From the NCBI GenBank assembly GCA_963848305.1, contig CAWKDC010000001.1, positions 1,280,001-1,344,000 of the forward strand: DNA of 64,000 nucleotides, given 5' to 3'. The translations under genes and the position numbers were made by a program. Below, piece after piece: positions 41,810-52,231 of this stretch; positions within the stretch are counted from its first letter, which is position 1, and each line of letters opens with the position of its first letter. The DNA comes from an uncultured Gammaproteobacteria bacterium. GTDB lineage: Bacteria; Pseudomonadota; Gammaproteobacteria; JABCZS01. The notes under the pieces are model-generated. The model saw only the letters and a list, made by a program, of their open reading frames with translations, ran no database searches and was not told where the DNA came from.

Positions 41810-42449
41810 TTATTCCATATTCTTAAAATAATAGTACAACCGTGTTCTCACCTTCGCATGAACATGTTTTCCGCTGACTGCCAGTTGATCCAATGCAATC
41901 TTCGGGTTATGCAACATAATATCGATTAATTTTAAAATATTACGATCACGTGTTTTGCCATTCTCCACTTTTTCAATCGTGATTTCTGAAAAACCAAAGG
42001 CCATGGCAAAATCCCACCGCGTGAGCTGCAGATCACGACGAAATTGTCTGAGTTGTTCTGCCGTATTATCTAATGGAATATAAATCGGCTCACAAATAAA
42101 CGATGAAGGGCAGGCTTTCTCCCAATCGTCGCTAATAATATCATGATATTGTTTTCATCTGGTGAAATGCCTTGAGAATAACAATAATCAGGATAAGCAG
42201 GATTTTCTTTAGAAGGGATGCGATCCAACAAAGTTTCAAACATTCTGCCGGGTTTGCTTTCGACCGCCCCCGCTTGTAAGGCAAATCAGGCCCCATGGGA
42301 ATGCCCGATCGCAATTTCATATAAGTGTCTTCATACTGAAATGCATAATTATCTTTATCAGATTGATACGATAATATACCGACCAAGTAGCGTCGTCGCC
42401 CCGTTTCAGCATAAAACTCAACGCGTGTCGGGTCAACTTTGTAGCGCAT
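41810..42449 (-). CDS. HipA N-terminal (HipS-like) domain fused to an Xre HTH, frameshifted
   Basis: VGILSY..YAFQY...GPDLP, LDRIPSKENPAYPDYC, then LRQFRRDLQLTRWDFAMAFGFSEITIEKVENGK. Confidence 0.7.
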
Positions 42450-42939
42450 CTTTCATCTCCTGATACCGTTTTAAAAAAAGCTTTTGGATGGCATTTTTCA
42501 TGAGTTCACTACAATGGCTTTGTTGAATCAATTTTTCAATTTTTTTCAAATTAACACGATCAAAAAATGATAAAACCTCTGAAAGATAATTCAATCTGAT
42601 AAATTCTCTAACGTAGTCTTTGGTTGTTGGTTCCAATGTTTCTTTGGTTGCAATCTTACCTGTAGGCGCTATGTCTTCTTCCAGTTTGATAATATACGCC
42701 TTGCCTGCCAGTTCAGCTGAATATTTTAAAAATTTCCCTTGAAAAAAGCTGGAATTCCACCAATCAGAAGGCAGCGGACGCGCGCTGTCGTCAGAGCTGC
42801 TCTGCTGCCTGGCCACATCCAAGAATTCATCTGTGCTTTTTGCTGAGAACCATTTGCTAAAACATTCAGGATGAAGTCCATATATGGCCTTCTCTTGCTC
42901 AATAATTTTGTTACATTTCAAGCAGTTATATTTTTTCAT
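42433..42939 (-). pseudogene. HipA-like kinase with the catalytic core apparently deleted in frame
   Basis: CLKC..YGLHPEC N-terminus and SFFQGKFLKYS..YIIK P-loop region joined directly to GKIATKETLEPT; no DxHxxN or LAPxYD motifs. Confidence 0.65.
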
Positions 42940-42947
42940 GGTGCTTA

Positions 42948-43026
42948 TTACTCCTATCCATAGATGGGAGTATAGCATTACTATCTATAGATGACAATGA
43001 TGCATTGCCATCTATAGATTGCAGTA
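42948..43026. promoter_or_regulatory. Three palindromic operators with 27-bp period upstream of the hipA-like operon
   Basis: ATC(C/T)ATAGAT at 42956, 42983 and 43010. Confidence 0.7.
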
Positions 43027-43132
43027 TTATACTTGATGGGATTTATCAACGTTGAAACCGATGGCAAGCATCTTCATGTGAAAGCGAGAAGGCGGTTGTA
43101 TTATTATTTTAAGAACAGACAGCAGAAGGATG

Positions 43133-43262
43133 TTATGGTGAAATGAGTTTTATTTTGGGATAATAAGTTTTAAACCGTTTTGTATCACGGGTTATTAATT
43201 CGAGTGATGATATCATTGCATGTGCGCCGATGAAAAAGTCGGGGAGGGGTAGTGATTCGCAT
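43133..43262 (-). pseudogene. Collapsed VapBC module: AbrB-type antitoxin start fused to a PIN toxin C-terminus
   Basis: MRITT followed out of frame by PLPDFFIGAHAMISSLELITRDTKRFKTYYPKIKLISP*. Confidence 0.7.
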
Positions 43263-43319
43263 GTTTAATCTCATGGTATTACATTTGCAATGTAATAGAA
43301 ATACTAAAATGGCAGGAAA

Positions 43320-43776
43320 TCAAACATTGTTTAAGCAATATCCCGACTGCCGCCAGGCTTCATACACCACGACGGCCACGCTGTTTGATAAATTCAAACT
43401 GCGAGAATGGGGTTGCATGGGCAAGGTGAGGCAGGGGAATTGGCTGCGAATATCTTCGGGCAATCCACGTGTTTCTGGGCCAAAACAAAAACGCATCATT
43501 TTTTTCAAACGCAACGGTATCATAACGCTTTGCGCCTTTCGTGCTGAACGCAAAAACACGCGTGTTAAGTGTTGATAAACAACTGTTGAGATCAGGGTAT
43601 GTGCTGACGTTCGCCCATTCATGATAATCCAATCCCGCGCGTTTCAATGCTGCATCTTCCATTTTAAAACCGAGTGGTTCAATGAGATGCAAATGTGCGC
43701 CGGTATTGGCGCAGAGTCGAATGACGTTTCCCGTGTTGGGGGGGATTTCAGGTTGAAATAAAATAATATGAAACAT
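43320..43776 (-). CDS. trmL: tRNA (cytidine/uridine-34-2'-O)-methyltransferase (frameshift at a T-run near 43485)
   Basis: [39 protein letters not shown]. Confidence 0.93.
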
Positions 43777-43819
43777 TGTATACCACCAACATTGTTATTC
43801 AGAAAAACCCCTGAGCGAT

Positions 43820-43841
43820 GGGCGCAAATATGCGCCCCTAC
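43820..43841. repeat. GTAG-type REP-like palindrome (minus orientation)
   Basis: Reverse complement reads GTAGGGGCGCATATTTGCGCCC; lies just after the hemB stop. Confidence 0.75.
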
Positions 43842-43850
43842 GCGCCCCCT

Positions 43851-44865
<1,015 letters not shown>

Positions 44866-44932
44866 ATTGGAACCTCTCTGCAAGGTGCTTAGTGTATCCA
44901 ACTTAGGTTGAAAAAAGCAACTAATAGGCTAT

Positions 44933-44960
44933 GCTATAGCTCTCATACCTGAAGATACCA
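44933..44960. repeat. Solitary degenerate end of the ERIC-like element
   Basis: GCTATAGCTCTCATACCTGAAGATACCA matches 7037-7064 at 24 of 28 positions. Confidence 0.6.
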
Positions 44961-45130
44961 TATCTATAATTAGCAGGGAGATTGATAAAATGGTGACGAA
45001 AATGTTTTTTAAGATGATGATTTACTTGACAATAGGGGTGGTTACAGTAGACTATCTCATCAATTATCCATCAAAACCGCCCACTCAGCTCAGTGAGCTA
45101 GGTTTGCAGCATATCGACTAGGAGTGTGTC

Positions 45131-45781
45131 ATGAAGGAATGCGCAGTGTTGTTAAGCGGCTGTGGAGTCTTCGACGGTTCAGAAATTTATGAAACCGTTT
45201 GTACGCTGCTTGCTTTGGAGAAGGCCGGTGTTGCTTATCAATGCGTGGCGCCCGACATCGCCCAACACCACGTGATCAACCACCTCACGGGTCAACCCAT
45301 GAGTGAGAAACGCAATGTGCTGGTGGAAGCTGCACGCTTGGCGCGTGGCAATATCAAATCGTTGTCAGAGGTGAGACCGAGCGATTTTGATGCTTTAATC
45401 ATTCCTGGCGGATTTGGGGCAGCGAAGAATTTATCTGATTTTGCATTCAAAGGCGAGCACATGGCCGTCAATCCGGAAGTGTTGGCGTTTTGCCAATCGT
45501 TTGCCAAGGCTCGCAAGCCCGTTGGGTTTATCTGCATTGCCCCGATGTTGGTGAGCCATGTTTATGGTCCCGGCGTGCAGGTGACGATCGGGAATGATAA
45601 AAGCACTGCCGCAGCACTGGAAGCCATGGGGAGTGTACATAAGATATGCCCCGTCACCGATTGCGTGACTGACGAGACCCATAAAGTCGTGACCGTTCCT
45701 GCCTACATGTTAGCCAAATCCATCACCGAGGCAAAGGCGGGGATAGATAAGTTGGTGTCGACAGTGGTGGGGTGGATGTAG
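45131..45781 (+). CDS. elbB: Glyoxalase ElbB (DJ-1/ES1 family)
   Basis: LSGCGVFDGSEI, RNVLVEAARLARG, PGGFGAAKNL, ICIAP. Confidence 0.95.
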   Translation: MKECAVLLSGCGVFDGSEIYETVCTLLALEKAGVAYQCVAPDIAQHHVINHLTGQPMSEKRNVLVEAARLARGNIKSLSEVRPSDFDALIIPGGFGAAKNLSDFAFKGEHMAVNPEVLAFCQSFAKARKPVGFICIAPMLVSHVYGPGVQVTIGNDKSTAAALEAMGSVHKICPVTDCVTDETHKVVTVPAYMLAKSITEAKAGIDKLVSTVVGWM

Positions 45782-45784
45782 GCT

Positions 45785-46051
45785 CTAGGTATCATCTAGA
45801 CGGCGAGTGTGTCTATTATTGGCGATGACCATCGCCGCAGGCCCAACGGCCATGTAAATGGTTGTCTTGGTTGCGCCGATCACCGCTTCATAGGCATCAG
45901 TCGAATTGAAATCTCGCCCGTTATGATTGGCCTGATATCCCTTGATAAGGAATGACGTGACCAAAGAAAAGGCAAAATACCCTAGACATGGCAGGCTTGC
46001 AAAGCGGATAAAATCACCTATAAATGAATCTTGATGGTTTCTGCGAGGCAT
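45785..46051 (-). CDS. Small hypothetical membrane protein
   Basis: RBS AGGAG before MPRRN; hydrophobic segments. Confidence 0.5.
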   Translation of the reverse strand: MPRRNHQDSFIGDFIRFASLPCLGYFAFSLVTSFLIKGYQANHNGRDFNSTDAYEAVIGATKTTIYMAVGPAAMVIANNRHTRRLDDT

Positions 46052-46073
46052 GGTTATCTCCTGGTTGAGGTGA

Positions 46074-47357
46074 TCATAACGCAATGCGTGCCTCTCGGCA
46101 AGACTCCCTAAACTCAGGATCGAGGAAATCCTCAATCGACACCCTATCTCGATAGTATTGGCTCACATGGGCTTCGAGCCGATCAATTTTTTCATGATTT
46201 AAAATATACGCTTGATTGACTGATGCCAGCGCCTCACGTGACATGGGTACGCGCAAACGCAAACAGGCAGGTCCTCCGCCATTTTGCATGCTTTGTCGGC
46301 AGGATACATAATGCGCAGCACGGATTGGCTGTACGGGAGTGATCAAGCGCGATACAATACGATCGATATCAGGATCATTTTTGCATTCCATCGGCATGAT
46401 CAGCACCATATGATCTCGGTTGATCGTGATCAGCTGGCTGTTGAAGAAATAAGTCTCCACAGCTTTTTTCAAACTCAATTCAGTGTCGGTGATTTTGATC
46501 ATGTCCATCGAAAAATCTGCCGCTGCGGCTAATCGTTCGGGGAAATCGTGATCAACATAAGCTTTTTCATGATAAATCAACACATATTCATTGTTGATGG
46601 CCGCGACATCATTGTGAAACACACCTGCATCAATGGCATCTGGATTTTGTTGAAAAAAAAGAACAGGTGTTTTGATGCGATGCGTTTGTGAAATCATCGC
46701 AGAGGCTTCTGATGACTGGCGCGCCGGATAATGTTTGGGTTGATGGAGTGATGCATTGCTTTGATCATAAATCATCACGTTGACAGCTTTCCCCTCATGC
46801 GATGATGCAATCCGCATGTGATTTGCTGCACCTTCATCTGATAAATGCGGTAAAGCAGGCAACGGTTCATGAATGTGAAAATAAGGAGAATTGAAAATGT
46901 GTTTGAGCTGCGCTTGCGTATCAGCAACTTCAATGGCACGGTGATAATGTGTTTTTAAATTTGCAGGCGTGATGTGTACGATATTATCCTCTGCATCGAT
47001 ACTGGTCGTGATGGTTGCAGCATTGGCGGTCCACATGAATGAAGATGAAAATAACGCACAGAAAAGTTTTAAATCTTTTTTGTATAATGTTTCTAATTGT
47101 TGTTGCTCCGTCCCACTCAAACCCAGCTGGCGTAATGCGTTCATATTTGGACGGGTATGTGGTAAAAAAATCCCTTGTGGCGCGCCCAATCGTAATGCCA
47201 ATCGCATTTTTTCTAAACTCTCTAGAGCCGCTGCTTTTGGATGCGATACCGCATGCGCATTTTTCATGGAAGCCACATTGCCCACTGCAAGGCCTGCATA
47301 ATGGTGCGAGGGGCCAGGCAGTCCATCAAAATTCACTTCAATGATAGATGAATTCAT
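46074..47357 (-). CDS. astB: N-succinylarginine dihydrolase
   Basis: EVNFDGLPGPSHHYAGL, MWTANAAT, DEGAANH, GVFHNDV, SMQNGGGPACLRLRV. Confidence 0.95.
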   Translation of the reverse strand: MNSSIIEVNFDGLPGPSHHYAGLAVGNVASMKNAHAVSHPKAAALESLEKMRLALRLGAPQGIFLPHTRPNMNALRQLGLSGTEQQQLETLYKKDLKLFCALFSSSFMWTANAATITTSIDAEDNIVHITPANLKTHYHRAIEVADTQAQLKHIFNSPYFHIHEPLPALPHLSDEGAANHMRIASSHEGKAVNVMIYDQSNASLHQPKHYPARQSSEASAMISQTHRIKTPVLFFQQNPDAIDAGVFHNDVAAINNEYVLIYHEKAYVDHDFPERLAAAADFSMDMIKITDTELSLKKAVETYFFNSQLITINRDHMVLIMPMECKNDPDIDRIVSRLITPVQPIRAAHYVSCRQSMQNGGGPACLRLRVPMSREALASVNQAYILNHEKIDRLEAHVSQYYRDRVSIEDFLDPEFRESCREARIAL

Positions 47358-48769
47358 AATGTGACTCCGGGAGAAGGCTGCACAGACATTTCTTCAGGAG
47401 TGCTTTGCATGCTCACCACAGGATGGGCACAATAATCTGCTGCATAATAAGCTGTCGGACGATAATTTCCACTCATGCCCACACCACCAAAAGGTGCTTC
47501 GCTCACAGAACCCGTGGTAGGGCGGTTCCAATGTAATAATCCTGCGTGCATGCGGGTGTAACAATATTCGAACAAAGCGCGATCTTTGCATACCACAGCT
47601 GCTGATAATCCATAACGTGTGGCATTCGCATGCGCGATGGCTTCATCTCGATCGTTCACCCAGATGAGTTTAATCAATGGGCCAAAATATTCATCATCAG
47701 GTAGATCAATGCCCGTGCAATCCAATAACGCAGGCGTCACAAATGCTTTACTGATCGGCAATCGTTTCATGGCGACAAGTGAGGTGGCACCTGAATTGAT
47801 TAAAAAAGATTCGGCTTCAATCATTTTTTCAGCTGCTTTGTCTGTCACGAGAGGGCCCATGAAGGGTTCTGGTGAATTCGCAGGATCGTCAATGCGTATG
47901 GTGGGAATGATCTGAATCAAAGATTGAATGAGTTGCTCAGTTTCTGCAGAGCGTTTGACAATTAAACGCCGTGTACACGTGCAACGCTGACCTGCATTGA
48001 AAAATGCAGATTGCAAAATGACGTTGAGGGTTGCCTTTTCATTCGGCACATCCAAAATCACGAGAGGATTATTGCCGCCCAATTCAAGCGCCAATATTTT
48101 TTCGGGATGCCCCCCGAATTGTGCGTGAATTTTTTTGCCGACAGACTCGCTGCCTGTGAATAATAATCCGCGTAAGTCAGGATGTGCAACAAGCGCAGCG
48201 CCGGTGGCAGGGCCGCCTTGGACACATTCAATCACGCCTTTTGGTAAGCCTATATCATGCCAATATTGTACATATTTTTCGGCACACAAAGGAACCAATT
48301 CACTCGGCTTTAGTACAATTGTGTTGCCCGCCAATAACGCGGGCACAATGTGACCGTGTGCTAAATGAATGGGAAAATTAAAGGGACTCATCACACCCAT
48401 CACGCCTTGGGGGTGGTGACGAGTGATCATGTGTCCTGCATGAATCGCGGATTTCCTGATAGGTGTTCTATCATGGTACGCTTGAATGGAGATGTCAATT
48501 TTGGCAATGGCTGTTTTCACTTCGAGCATGGCTTCCCAACGGGGCTTGCCCATTTCTTGACTGATAAGATTCGCCAGTGTTTCCTGATGCGTGATTAATT
48601 TCTCTTCGAATGCTTTCACATAGGCAACGCGTTTTTCAAACGTCAATCTTGAAAAAGTGGTGAAAGCATTTTTAGCCCGTTGCACAGCATCATGCACTTG
48701 TTCATGTGTGGCTTCTTCACCTTCCCACAGTATTTTCCCATCGGCGGGATTTGTTGAATGAAATTTCAT
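47354..48769 (-). CDS. astD: Succinylglutamate-semialdehyde dehydrogenase
   Basis: PFNFPIHL, KPSE, FTGS, LALELGGNNP, AGQRCTC, SGNYRPTAYYAADYC. Confidence 0.93.
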   Translation of the reverse strand: MKFHSTNPADGKILWEGEEATHEQVHDAVQRAKNAFTTFSRLTFEKRVAYVKAFEEKLITHQETLANLISQEMGKPRWEAMLEVKTAIAKIDISIQAYHDRTPIRKSAIHAGHMITRHHPQGVMGVMSPFNFPIHLAHGHIVPALLAGNTIVLKPSELVPLCAEKYVQYWHDIGLPKGVIECVQGGPATGAALVAHPDLRGLLFTGSESVGKKIHAQFGGHPEKILALELGGNNPLVILDVPNEKATLNVILQSAFFNAGQRCTCTRRLIVKRSAETEQLIQSLIQIIPTIRIDDPANSPEPFMGPLVTDKAAEKMIEAESFLINSGATSLVAMKRLPISKAFVTPALLDCTGIDLPDDEYFGPLIKLIWVNDRDEAIAHANATRYGLSAAVVCKDRALFEYCYTRMHAGLLHWNRPTTGSVSEAPFGGVGMSGNYRPTAYYAADYCAHPVVSMQSTPEEMSVQPSPGVTL

Positions 48770-48778
48770 GATAGGCTC

Positions 48779-49773
48779 CTAAAAGGGTGATAAACGGATA
48801 TTATCTTGCGGTAACAGTTTTAATTGTTCAGCAATGCCAGGTGGCAAATAGCATTGATGCTTGTCGATGTGCGCTGTTGATATCATAGCGCGAAAATCAT
48901 TGGATGTTGTGCCGATCAAATACAATGTCTTCTGATCGTGCTGTTGTGTACCTGCAAAAGATGTCACAAAACTGTTTTGAATGGTTTTGATATCACGCAT
49001 CTGAGCAATCAGCTGAAGGCATCAAACACATTTACATACCTTGATGGATAAAATTGTTCTTCAATCAACACTGCGTAAGCAGGGCGTGTTTTGCGATCAG
49101 GCGTTCCAATGCAGGCGCGAGCACGTTTTGTGAGCTGCTGGACAGGAATGGGTTTGTGTGGAAGGGATTCATCGATGAATGCAGGATGGTGTCTTGCGAC
49201 TTCCAAATCAGCCTCAATAAAATTTTTGTGTTTGATATATCGGTGTGAAAAATCTTCCCAAAATGGAGACATTTGGTCTCTGTCTCTTCTGCCTCTCATA
49301 TCAGCGATGATGATGTCATGAAAATAATTTAAGTGAGAGGCCATGAATACAAAACGGGCTCGTGATAAGAAAGAACCTAAATGGTTTGATCGGTATTCGG
49401 GTGCTAAATATAACGCTGCAATTTCACTGACGCTCTTGACGTCAGTCGAGAGTAGCAGGGTAGGATCAGGTTTTTGATCGTCATACCTGAAAAGGTAATA
49501 GGGTGGATCATTGCCGATATCAGCATAGATGGCACAACATCCGGCCAATGTTTCTGTGCGGAGATCTTCCATCACAAAAAAATAAAGATCAGAGGGTTTG
49601 GGGCATTGATGCGACGTCGATAATGTTGTGACAGATTGTTGAATATAATCAGCAAGAACAATCTTATCGGGTGGCAAGTTCGTGAGCCCCGCAGTTTGTG
49701 CAAACGCATAAACGGCATCGAGGTCGCTGAGCCTCACGGCTCTGAATAAGAACGGTTCGAATCCTTTCATCAT
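48779..49773 (-). CDS. astA: Arginine N-succinyltransferase (frameshift near 49015)
   Basis: GLTNLP, YFFVMED, LSRARF, SPFWE, VNVFD; upstream of astD-astB. Confidence 0.85.
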
Positions 49774-49883
49774 TTGGATATACTAGTGGACTTTGACGCC
49801 ATGTGCAATGCCTATTCCCCTCATGGGAGTGGAAAATACAGGCGGGGAAGCGTACAATCAGGTGTCACACAAGAGGAATCGGT

Positions 49884-50553
<670 letters not shown>

Positions 50554-50652
50554 AACCATGGCGTATGAGCTTAACACATTGAATGATGTGTTGAGTTGTT
50601 TTGATGATTTTTTTAAGGAATTAAGATCCTTAATTCAATCCTTGGAAAATAC

Positions 50653-51345
50653 TTAAGCGAGCCTCAATCCGAGCTCAAATAACCCCCACATGGGCAAGGC
50701 CAATAGCGTTTGCGAAAAAACATCAGGCGGTGTTAATAGCATGCCCAATATAAAGCAGCCAATGATGACGTAAGGCCTTTTAGCGATCAACGTTTCACGT
50801 GTCACCCAGCCACTCTTGATTAAAGCCATCACAATCAAGGGTACTTGAAACGCGAGGCCGAATGCAATCATTAATTTCATTGCAAAACCAAAATAGGCAT
50901 CAATGTCAGTGAGGACGGTGACGCCAGCGGGGGCAGCATGGACGAAAAATTGCAATGCCAATGGAATCACCAAAAAATACGCCATGCATAATCCCGCATA
51001 AAATAAAATAAAACTTAAGGCGGTTAATAAAAAGAGTCTTCTTTTCTCCTGAGAAAATAAACCCGGTGCGATGAATAACCAGATTTGGTATAAAATCCAC
51101 GGCATACTGATACACAATGCGAACATCAAGCTGAACGTGAGTGGGACTAAGAAAGGTGTTGCAATCCCGGTCGCAATCAATGAGCCTTCTGGCAATAATG
51201 ATATGATGGGGGCTGCAAAAACAGTGAATAAAGATTTTGCGCACAAGGCACACATCAGTGCAACAATTGCATAACCGAGCATTGCACGGATAAATCCTGT
51301 GCGAAGTGCACTGAGGTGATGGAGTATCTCACTGTCTTCATTCAT
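50653..51345 (-). CDS. tatC: Twin-arginine translocase subunit TatC
   Basis: HLSALR, YQIWLFIAPGL, FGLAFQVP, LTPPDVFSQ. Confidence 0.95.
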   Translation of the reverse strand: MNEDSEILHHLSALRTGFIRAMLGYAIVALMCALCAKSLFTVFAAPIISLLPEGSLIATGIATPFLVPLTFSLMFALCISMPWILYQIWLFIAPGLFSQEKRRLFLLTALSFILFYAGLCMAYFLVIPLALQFFVHAAPAGVTVLTDIDAYFGFAMKLMIAFGLAFQVPLIVMALIKSGWVTRETLIAKRPYVIIGCFILGMLLTPPDVFSQTLLALPMWGLFELGLRLA

Positions 51346-51583
51346 GATTTTTATCCAATAAATCGGATACGTCACTTACGCTGGCAGCCAAGGCCGTTCG
51401 CTTTGCCAGTGCCTCTTCCTTTTCCATTTGCAATTGTTTGGTTTCAAAGCCTGCACGCCAGCGGCACCAATCTACCCATAAACTGCGACACATTTTGACG
51501 GCGTCTATCATTTGCGCAGGTTTGAGCGCAAGCACTGAGACAATGACGACCATCACAATTTCTGACAAGCCCACCGATAGCAT
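51338..51583 (-). CDS. tatB: TatB-like subunit
   Basis: VGLSEIVMVVIVSVLALKP; lies between tatA and tatC. Confidence 0.7.
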   Translation of the reverse strand: MLSVGLSEIVMVVIVSVLALKPAQMIDAVKMCRSLWVDWCRWRAGFETKQLQMEKEEALAKRTALAASVSDVSDLLDKNHE

Positions 51584-51741
51584 CAGGGTGCCTTGTCGTC
51601 ATCTTTGATGGCTGAACGAAAACTTTTCAGTGCTTTGCCCAGATCTTCACCTATGCTGCGCAATTTCTTCGTGCCGAACAATAATACGATGATCAGCAAC
51701 ACAATCAAGAGTTGCCAAATACTGATTCCGCCTAAGCCCAT
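51583..51741 (-). CDS. tatA: Twin-arginine translocase subunit TatA (52 aa, below the ORF-track cutoff)
   Basis: Manual translation [52 protein letters not shown]. Confidence 0.93.
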   Translation of the reverse strand: MGLGGISIWQLLIVLLIIVLLFGTKKLRSIGEDLGKALKSFRSAIKDDDKAP

Positions 51742-51751
51742 GGTCATATCC

Positions 51752-52093
51752 TCATAAGTTTAAAGTTTTAGTATGGAAGGTGCCGCCTAACAGGTGCGCA
51801 TGTAGATGGAAAACCACCTGGCCGCCTTCCCTCCCGGTGTTTATCACGGTTCTAAAGCCTTCCAAGCCCATTTTACGGGCAACTTCCGGCAATTTTAACA
51901 TTAAATGGGCAGCAAGCTCACTCTCTTTTTGTGTCAAACTGGCCAAACTGTCAATATGTACTTTGGGAACGATCAAGAGGTGCGTGGAGGCTTTTGGATG
52001 AATATCCTTAAAAACCAATATGTTATCATCCTCATCGACGATATCAGCGGGTATTTGGCGGGCAATGATTTTGCAAAAAATACAATCGGTCAT
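51752..52093 (-). CDS. hinT: Histidine triad nucleotide-binding protein
   Basis: [21 protein letters not shown]. Confidence 0.92.
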   Translation of the reverse strand: MTDCIFCKIIARQIPADIVDEDDNILVFKDIHPKASTHLLIVPKVHIDSLASLTQKESELAAHLMLKLPEVARKMGLEGFRTVINTGREGGQVVFHLHAHLLGGTFHTKTLNL

Positions 52094-52231
52094 AACAGTT
52101 CCTTGATGAAAGTGGGTATTTTACCAGGTCGGTATGTCAGGAGCAATTTTTATGGCGATTGATAAAAAGCTGTGATAAGATAGCTGATAAGCTTTAGTAG
52201 ACTAGCTATATAATACATATTAGGTGTGAGC

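Noticed and set aside
41182-41810. tmRNA (ssrA) after smpB
   Set aside because: No GGGGC..GGATTCGAC 5' end or tRNA-like 3' end found
42948-43026. Mini CRISPR array
   Set aside because: The period is only 27 bp with a 10-bp core and no cas genes are present; the position fits operators
46074-49773. Incomplete ast operon (no astC or astE) as a novelty
   Set aside because: A three-gene astA-astD-astB cluster is known from Legionella-type genomes, and the other steps may be encoded elsewhere
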